Shown here: positions 57,799-64,000 of the stretch, piece after piece
Layout of the letters: each line of letters starts with the position of its first letter
Position numbering within the stretch: position 1 is the stretch's first letter
Source: Nitrospirae bacterium JdFR-86
GTDB taxonomy: Bacteria > Nitrospirota > Thermodesulfovibrionia > Thermodesulfovibrionales > JdFR-86
DNA: 64,000 bases
Assembly: GCA_002011815.1 (NCBI GenBank)
Contig: MTOV01000004.1
Location: 115,514-179,513, forward strand
Direction: 5' to 3'
Notes under the pieces: generated by a model
What the model was told of the DNA's origin: nothing
What the model saw: the letters and a program-made list of their open reading frames with translations, nothing else
The model's database searches: none
Made by a program: the position numbers and the translations under genes

Positions 57799-60308
57799 GA
57801 ACTATATCAGATATAGAATCCTATATAAGAACAGTGGCATCTAAAATCGCCGCTAAAAAGGGAATCTCGGAAAAAGTACTTGAACGAGTTGCTGATACAT
57901 TAATACAAAGGATACGAAAAAAGTACTCTGATAAACACATAAATGTAAATAAAACGCCTCTGCTAAAACTAAGCCGCGATGATATAAATGTCATAGGAGA
58001 TGCACTGGTCATAGGCGACATTTATTCTTATCAGACTTGGCTACATCGTGATAACTTCAATAGCTTGATCTTTAAGCTCAACATTGAACAGGTCATCCAA
58101 GGGCCCTTTTTAAGAATTCCACAACAAATAAGGCGCATGCTGATATTACAGATAGATCGTAGGATGTGGAAGCCACTTAAATATATTTATGCCCTTTCTG
58201 CTGATCTTTCAGCTCTAAAAATAAATAATTTCAAAAATCTAACTGAACTGGGGAGAAAAAAGAAGGAAGAAGAGGAAGATTACCTTTGCTCTTTTATCGC
58301 ATCGGCCGCACTTTTTGGAAAAATACTTTTCCCTGGATTTGAAAATGCCATACTACGATCTACATGGAAAAATATTTCATTATCTCCAGTTTATATTGAA
58401 ATACCCTTAGATAAAAACTACAAACAAGGCAGCAATCCTCCTTTTTACAGATATTTTCTACCTGCACCAGCCTCAAATTACCTTCTGAGATATCTGCTCT
58501 TTATAGAAAAACATTATCCTAGCAGGAATAAGAAAAAAGACTTAAATGCTCCTGTCTTTGAACACATACAAAAAAATCTCAATAAGTTTCCATATATCTT
58601 TGAAAAATGGACCATAAAAAGACTTAATGAACTAGGATTTTATGATATTAAAGGACTTTCGATAAGAACTTTCCGTAAAGCAGCATTGCTGGCATCTGCT
58701 ATGTCTATAATCAGACCTACTAAGACAAGTTCTTATCCTCCTTTTATACTCTCAATTCAAACACAGAAGATAATCAGTGATTCTGTCCCTTGGAAATTTT
58801 TTATGGACTGCCCTGAATTTGATACTAAATCCGGGGTGTTTCTATATAAAGACACTGACTATGGATTACCAGAAAGAGAAAAGCCTGTAATTAACAATCG
58901 AGAGTTATCCAAAGCGTTGAAGACAATACAAACCTTCTTTCGAGATCCTCTTAAAACCGAAAAAAATACGGGCACAAAATCGTCACTGGGCGACAGAAAA
59001 TCTATCATGAAGAAAATAAACTCACTTATCTCTTCTTTTGAAAACTTACTTCCATATGCTGATTATGAAAACCTTAAACTATATTCAGAGTGGATTGCAG
59101 ACATGCTTGTTTTAAAAAGAACAGCAATAAAAACTATCAGTAACTATGTCTCAAATGCAAAAGACCTACTCCTTGCTCTTCCTGGAAACAAACCGGTTTA
59201 TAAATTCTCGCAAGAAGAGCTTACCCAAATCATAAAACAGATCTTAAATCGTCATCTTTCTCCTAATATTATAAAGGGGTTAAAATCATTCTTGTATTTT
59301 GTTGAAGCTCGTTTTAAGGGCACCTTTGAATCTCCCAAATGGAAAAATAAAGAATTACGTAAGAAATCTTCTCTCACAGTGAAACCTTTAATCCACTTTG
59401 AACATGTCTCAGCCGCACTTGATAAACGTCACAACCTCACACACACTTATTTAAACAAGTATAAAGGTGAAAATCAGTATGAGAAACTGCTTCGAAGTAT
59501 AACGCATAAATCAGAAGCCCTTCACCATATGGTTCATCTGGGCTTTTATACAGGACTGAGAGCGGGAGAATTTGCACATCTACGCATCCAAAATGTTGTC
59601 TATGATACTGGATATGTTCTGTGTATAAGAACAACCAAAACTGAAAACGGACTGAGAAACATTCCTCTTAGCTTACTTTTACCGACTAATTATATGGAAG
59701 AGTTTATTTCATATTATGAGCAGCGAAAACGCAACGCTTCAACCTCAAAAGACTTATTATTTCCAGGACATGATGGTAAACCGTGGGATACAAGTTATAT
59801 GGCATCCGAAGTAAGACGCCTTTTTGAGTATATAGGCATAAGAAAAGTGAGATTTCATTATTTGAGACATGCCTTTGCAAACTGGTTTTTATTACGATGG
59901 TTTGTAGCGTTTTATCCTCAATATATAACAGAAGATATCCCATTTTTAAAGAATGAGCTGTTCCAAGAACCTCATATCACAAATTTTAAAAAGTTATTTA
60001 TAGGAATGAACAATAAAAAATGCCAAGAATCTTTCACGTATGCTCTTGCAGTCCTCGCCCGACTCATCGGTCACGGAGGACCTTTAGTTACCCTACAGAA
60101 ATATATACATATCGGGGACTGGCTATTTTTCTTACTTTCAAGACATCACAACAATACGATGGTGGATATTACATCGAAACAGGCCCAAGATTTTTTACAG
60201 GTAAGCTACCCTACTCTTCCTGAGGAACTAAAGGGAAGAAGCAAAAAAACATTATCCTACGAAGAACTTTTGTATTACCAAAGATTAAAATACTTGAAAA
60301 ATAGGTAA
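57771..60308 (+). CDS. Large (845 aa) tyrosine recombinase with complete catalytic signature and ~440-aa unknown N-terminal region
   Basis: YTGLRAGEF (Arg I), TKTENGLRNIPL (Lys), FHYLRHAF (HxxR), LIGHGGPLVTLQKYIH (His..Tyr). A SAM-like core-binding segment lies upstream. Confidence 0.75.
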   Translation: MECVKDNRLRTISDIESYIRTVASKIAAKKGISEKVLERVADTLIQRIRKKYSDKHINVNKTPLLKLSRDDINVIGDALVIGDIYSYQTWLHRDNFNSLIFKLNIEQVIQGPFLRIPQQIRRMLILQIDRRMWKPLKYIYALSADLSALKINNFKNLTELGRKKKEEEEDYLCSFIASAALFGKILFPGFENAILRSTWKNISLSPVYIEIPLDKNYKQGSNPPFYRYFLPAPASNYLLRYLLFIEKHYPSRNKKKDLNAPVFEHIQKNLNKFPYIFEKWTIKRLNELGFYDIKGLSIRTFRKAALLASAMSIIRPTKTSSYPPFILSIQTQKIISDSVPWKFFMDCPEFDTKSGVFLYKDTDYGLPEREKPVINNRELSKALKTIQTFFRDPLKTEKNTGTKSSLGDRKSIMKKINSLISSFENLLPYADYENLKLYSEWIADMLVLKRTAIKTISNYVSNAKDLLLALPGNKPVYKFSQEELTQIIKQILNRHLSPNIIKGLKSFLYFVEARFKGTFESPKWKNKELRKKSSLTVKPLIHFEHVSAALDKRHNLTHTYLNKYKGENQYEKLLRSITHKSEALHHMVHLGFYTGLRAGEFAHLRIQNVVYDTGYVLCIRTTKTENGLRNIPLSLLLPTNYMEEFISYYEQRKRNASTSKDLLFPGHDGKPWDTSYMASEVRRLFEYIGIRKVRFHYLRHAFANWFLLRWFVAFYPQYITEDIPFLKNELFQEPHITNFKKLFIGMNNKKCQESFTYALAVLARLIGHGGPLVTLQKYIHIGDWLFFLLSRHHNNTMVDITSKQAQDFLQVSYPTLPEELKGRSKKTLSYEELLYYQRLKYLKNR

Positions 60309-60312
60309 AGAA

Positions 60313-60519
60313 TTATTCTTTGAATTCAAGAAGATCACTGACTGAACAATTGAAGTATCGACAAAGTTTATCAAGAACTTCAAAATCTATCCGTTTTGCC
60401 TTTTCGTGGTATAGCAAGGCTATAGTATTTCTATGAACGCCGATATCCCGTGCGACATCAGCGATCTTTAGCTTCCTCTCCCCCATTAACCTTGATAAAT
60501 GGCACTTAATCATCTTCAA
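60313..60519 (-). CDS. XRE/Cro-type HTH regulator, paralogue of 46293-46493
   Basis: MKMIKCHLSRLMGERKLKIADVARDIGVHRNTIALLYHEKAKR.., about 51 of 65 aligned residues identical to the first copy (hand count). Confidence 0.85.
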   Translation of the reverse strand: MKMIKCHLSRLMGERKLKIADVARDIGVHRNTIALLYHEKAKRIDFEVLDKLCRYFNCSVSDLLEFKE

Positions 60520-60675
60520 AACCCTTAATAATTTACACTAAAAATGCCTTCAAATCAAATAACTTCACAAAATGTCATTCTGAATAACAAAATCGCTTGA
60601 CAAATGTCTTTTTTAAGGTTATAATATCATTGAAAGTGACATTTAGGCATTTTTAATAGCAAAAAGAAGTTTAAC

Positions 60676-61320
60676 ATGAAATTAATGACTACAAACATGA
60701 AACCAAATGAAATTGTGACGACATTCTTCGTTCTACATGCTCTGGAGCGCAGAGAAAGCAAAACCGGTCAACGTTGTTTTCTCTCGCTAAAACTTTCTGA
60801 CAGAAGTGGGTCAATCACAGGCTATGTCTGGAACGAAATTGAACAGGTATTTCCGGCAATAAAGAGAAAACCCTTTGTCAAAGTAAGAGGAATCACGAGA
60901 GTCTCGAATGATATGCTGGTCATTCATATCGAAAAAATCAGGGGGGCAATGCTATATGGCATAGGAAAAACTAAAGAAATCCAATGGGAAACCATAAAAA
61001 GACTTTCAACAGAAGGGATTCTGCTAGGACACATTAATATCAGGCTCATAATGCTCGCAAACAAAATTTCTATCATTAAGGGTTTTCCTAAGGAATATAC
61101 CCTGCGGTTAAAGCATATGCTTCTTTCCTATCACGGTACGCTCGAATACGGTAACCCTATTATACCAGCGGCTCCAGAAGCAATAGTCCTTCACCTGATA
61201 GAAAATCCGGATGCAAAAATAATCATCTCTATTGTCATTTTGGAAATTCCGATCCTGAAGCCGTATGGGGCCATTTCGACAAGTTTCTTAAGACCAGAAT
61301 TTATCAAGGAGGTGATCTAA
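60676..61320 (+). pseudogene. Decayed paralogue of the OB/HD gene (internal deletion removing the HD core, plus C-terminal frameshift)
   Basis: Aligns with 44660-45646 at both ends, but ~115 residues (..HHNYIGGLLEH..AFLHD) are missing. After LIENPDAK the homologous sequence NNHLYCHFGNSDPEAVW continues in another frame. Confidence 0.7.
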
Positions 61321-61392
61321 ATGAATCTCAAAAGATAAATTTAAATGCAAGACAGGTTTATGCCAGATTGAGAACTAAGAGGAGGAGTAAAT

Positions 61393-61638
61393 ATGAATAT
61401 TTATCTTACAACTGAAGAATTAAGTTTAAAAATAAAATACAATCCACGATATATCAGGGAACATCTTAAGGATAAAGTCTTTAAAAAGGACATTCATTAC
61501 ATAAAACCTTTTGGAGGAAAGAAAATCCTCTACATATGGAATGAAATCGAAAAACTTATCCTTTCACCTGCCAAAGAAGAAAACCCTATGGATAAAATTA
61601 TTTTAAGGAGGAAGAGAGCATACAATGGGCAAAATTAG
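61393..61638 (+). CDS. Small excisionase/AlpA-like DNA-binding protein (candidate Xis)
   Basis: 81 aa, LTTEELSLKIKYNPRYIREHL HTH-like segment, overlapping the integrase start by 14 nt. Confidence 0.5.
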   Translation: MNIYLTTEELSLKIKYNPRYIREHLKDKVFKKDIHYIKPFGGKKILYIWNEIEKLILSPAKEENPMDKIILRRKRAYNGQN

Positions 61639-62785
61639 AGTCACTAAAGCGGGTTACCTTTATTTTGATTTTTTCTATCAAGGAATTAGGTGCAGGGAAT
61701 ATACTAAATTAAAAAATACGCCAGAAAACTTTAAGATAATGAAAGCTGCCTTAGAAAAAATAGAAAGTGAAATTCTTCTGGGTACATTTGACTATCCTAA
61801 ATATTTCCCCGGGAGCAGAATTGCCACACAATTTTCACAAGATACCAAAAAATCTGATGGTATTCCTTTCGAAGAATTCGCTCAACAATGGTATAAAAAT
61901 AACATGATCTCGTGGAAGCCGTCTGTCAGAAAAGATTTTAAATCCATTCTAAACTACCATCTAATTCCGCATTTTAAAGACATACCAGTCATACATATAA
62001 CCAAAGCGATGATAAAAAATTTCAGAACATCACTTGCTCAACTGGAAGGAAGAAAAGGCCCATTAAGCAATAAACGCATTAACAATATACTTTCTGTATT
62101 AAGACTGATACTCAATGAAGCAGCTGAGGAATACGAAATTTCAAACCCTTTTGTCAAAATTAAACCTCTTCCTGTCAGAAAGTCTCACATTATGCCATTC
62201 TCATTAAAAGAAGTATTTACTTTCCTTGATATGGTTCCAAGAGATTTTTACAATTACTATGTCGTAAGATTCTTCACAGGAATGAGAACAGCCGAGATAG
62301 ATGGGCTTAAATGGGTATATGTAGATTTCAATAATAAGAAGATTCATATCAGAGAAACATGGCAAAATAACCAATGGGTTCCACCTAAAACTGAGAGCTC
62401 TGTGAGAGAGATAGATATGTCTGAAATAGTCGAAAAAGCACTGTTATGCCAGAAAGAAAAAACAGGTCATCTTGAGTTAGTCTTCTGCACAAAAACAGGA
62501 AAGCCTTTGGATTACAACAATGTTTCTAAGCGAATCTGGTATCCAACGCTTAAAAAAGCAGGACTTACACCCAGAACTCCATATCAAACACGACATACAG
62601 CTGCGACTCTTTGGCTTGCTTCAGGCGAAAACCCAGAATGGATAGCAAAACAACTGGGGCATTCTGACACGCAGATGCTTTTCAAGATATACTCAAAATT
62701 CATACCAAACTTGACAAGAAAGGATGGTTCAGCATTTGAACGTATTCTCAACGAATACATAACCAATAGGGAGAGGGATGAGTAA
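61625..62785 (+). CDS. int: Phage-type tyrosine integrase with N-terminal arm-binding domain
   Basis: FFTGMRTAEIDGL (Arg I), PKTESSVREIDM (Lys), YQTRHTAATLW (HxxR), LGHSDTQMLFKIYSKF (His..Tyr). Confidence 0.9.
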   Translation: MGKIRVTKAGYLYFDFFYQGIRCREYTKLKNTPENFKIMKAALEKIESEILLGTFDYPKYFPGSRIATQFSQDTKKSDGIPFEEFAQQWYKNNMISWKPSVRKDFKSILNYHLIPHFKDIPVIHITKAMIKNFRTSLAQLEGRKGPLSNKRINNILSVLRLILNEAAEEYEISNPFVKIKPLPVRKSHIMPFSLKEVFTFLDMVPRDFYNYYVVRFFTGMRTAEIDGLKWVYVDFNNKKIHIRETWQNNQWVPPKTESSVREIDMSEIVEKALLCQKEKTGHLELVFCTKTGKPLDYNNVSKRIWYPTLKKAGLTPRTPYQTRHTAATLWLASGENPEWIAKQLGHSDTQMLFKIYSKFIPNLTRKDGSAFERILNEYITNRERDE

Positions 62786-64000
62786 TAGGTTAAATACAAT
62801 TAACACCCTGGCAACTGTATCGCTGGAATTTTTAAAGAGCAAAATCGCAAAAGCTATGAGCAACTTTGAGTTCAGGCCTTCTCAGGTAGAAATGATTAAA
62901 GCCTGCTCAAATATTATCGAATTGGGCGGAACACTTTTGGCAGAAGCAGGTACAGGCACAGGCAAAACCTTTGCCTACCTTATTCCCTTAATTCTCTCTG
63001 GGAAAAAAGGAATTATCTCCACACGAACAATTAATCTTCAAGAACAACTATCTTCAAAGGATTTAAAATTTCTTACTAACTTAGTTAACTTCAATTATGC
63101 AATCATTAAGGGAAGAAGTAACTATCTCTGTTTGAGACGATTCAATTCATTTAAGCCAGAAACCGAAAAAGAAACAGAAATATATAAAAATTTGTTTAAC
63201 TGGGCTTCCACAACAGACAGTGGAGACTTAGACAATTTGATTTTCAACGCATTCCCTATATGGAACAAGATATGTTCCGATTCTGATGCATGTAGAAAGA
63301 CAAAATGTGGATTTTATAACGATTGTTTTTATTTCAAAGCAAGAAGGACATCTGAAAAAGCGCAGATAGTTATAGTAAATCATGCATTGCTGAGTGTAAA
63401 CGGTATGCTTCCAAAGGATAAAAAGATACTGCCAGAGGCAGATGTTTTGGTAATCGATGAAGCTCACGCCCTTGATACAGTTCTCTCAGAACACATTGGA
63501 CTGAATATTTCAAATCGAGGCATCGAAAACATACTGAATACCCTTCTAAGGCTCGATGGGGGAGAAACATATAGAGGTCTGCTCTCAAAATTTCCCGCAT
63601 CATTCCCTGTAATTGAATCACTGCGGTCTGAATTAAGCCTATTTTGGTCCCAGGTGAAAAACATATTCCAGAATAGAGAATCCATAAAAGGCACTTTTAA
63701 ATTAAAGAATTCATTATATGATCTTTCCAACTCTATTAAATTATTTTTAGAAAAAACAAGAAATGAACAGTTAGGATTTTTCGAAGAAAATGAAGAGCTT
63801 GAACTTAACGCTTTCTTGAAAAAACTCCACTCAACAGCTAGTGCAATGGAAACATTCTCCGAAGGAACTGAAAACACCGTCAGATGGGTAGAAATTGAAG
63901 AAAATAGAGTTGCTCTTAGAATGACACCAATTTACCCACAAGAGTTTGTTAATAAGGCAATCCTTCCAAAATATCAGTCAATCATCCTGACATCTGCTAC
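62778..64000 (+). CDS. DinG/XPD-family Fe-S helicase, N-terminal part (continues beyond window)
   Basis: Not in the ORF track because it is open-ended. Hand translation from the ATG at 62778: MSNRLNT..FRPSQVEMI..LAEAGTGTGKTFAYLIP..YLCLRRF..CSDSDACRKTKCGFYNDCFY..VLVIDEAHAL. Its start overlaps the integrase stop by 8 nt. Confidence 0.8.
   Translation, partial: MSNRLNTINTLATVSLEFLKSKIAKAMSNFEFRPSQVEMIKACSNIIELGGTLLAEAGTGTGKTFAYLIPLILSGKKGIISTRTINLQEQLSSKDLKFLTNLVNFNYAIIKGRSNYLCLRRFNSFKPETEKETEIYKNLFNWASTTDSGDLDNLIFNAFPIWNKICSDSDACRKTKCGFYNDCFYFKARRTSEKAQIVIVNHALLSVNGMLPKDKKILPEADVLVIDEAHALDTVLSEHIGLNISNRGIENILNTLLRLDGGETYRGLLSKFPASFPVIESLRSELSLFWSQVKNIFQNRESIKGTFKLKNSLYDLSNSIKLFLEKTRNEQLGFFEENEELELNAFLKKLHSTASAMETFSEGTENTVRWVEIEENRVALRMTPIYPQEFVNKAILPKYQSIILTSA

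Larger units (their letters stand above)
39247..64000. mobile_element. Genomic island (probably composite) starting at the tRNA-Met fragment and continuing to or beyond the window end
   Basis: An abrupt switch from housekeeping to IS debris, partition, restriction, defence-type and recombinase genes. The tRNA 3' fragment orientation predicts the island lies on the high-coordinate side. An Xis/Int pair sits at 61.4-62.8 kb. No second att copy was seen in the window. Confidence 0.7.

Overview
This 64 kb window comes from a moderately AT-rich bacterium. Its gene content points to an anaerobic respiratory lifestyle: two intact multihaem c-type cytochrome genes plus one decayed, HypA/HypB, and a sensor kinase with a haem-c motif. 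The lineage cannot be determined without a database search. All calls below come from reading the ORF track and the sequence by eye; no searches were run.

Positions 1 to 39.2 kb are an ordinary, tightly packed core region. It holds a glycerate kinase-like gene (cut by the window edge), nagZ-like, ftsY, leuD/leuB, rpsP-KH-trmD-rplS-rnhB, an operon of a sensor kinase with two binding proteins, pabB/trpE-like, pyrF, dcd, rny, ymdB, a GGDEF protein, MoxR-DUF58-transglutaminase, pcm, surE, purM, an M23 peptidase, bactofilin, Slp, tadA overlapping tRNA-Ser(CGA), hypAB, HU and moeA.

At 39.2 kb a 3' fragment of an initiator-like tRNA-Met (an att-type remnant) marks the edge of a genomic island of at least 24.7 kb that runs to the window end. 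The island contains an IS1595-like remnant, a 0.5 kb GC-rich block with no convincing ORF, ParA-like and Mrr-like genes, and two diverged mirror-image XRE + OB/HD modules.

Between those modules lies the most unusual structure in the window. Four same-strand, tightly packed cassettes are present: an unknown 292 aa protein, an OLD-family ATPase/TOPRIM nuclease, a KAP NTPase with a small partner, and a SIR2-like protein. Adjacent cassettes are separated by a 60-120 bp chimeric repeat, which fuses the first ~25 codons of a DUF1156-type methylase gene in frame to the last ~20 codons of a helicase gene. The outer edges of the array carry single half-repeats. The array is bracketed by the decayed helicase on the left and the decayed methylase on the right. 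It is followed directly by a ParB-like/Zn-ribbon gene, two ~850 aa tyrosine-recombinase-like genes, an Xis/Int pair and a DinG-like helicase. I interpret this, as inference only, as a candidate integron-like cassette-capture or shuffling platform for defence genes.
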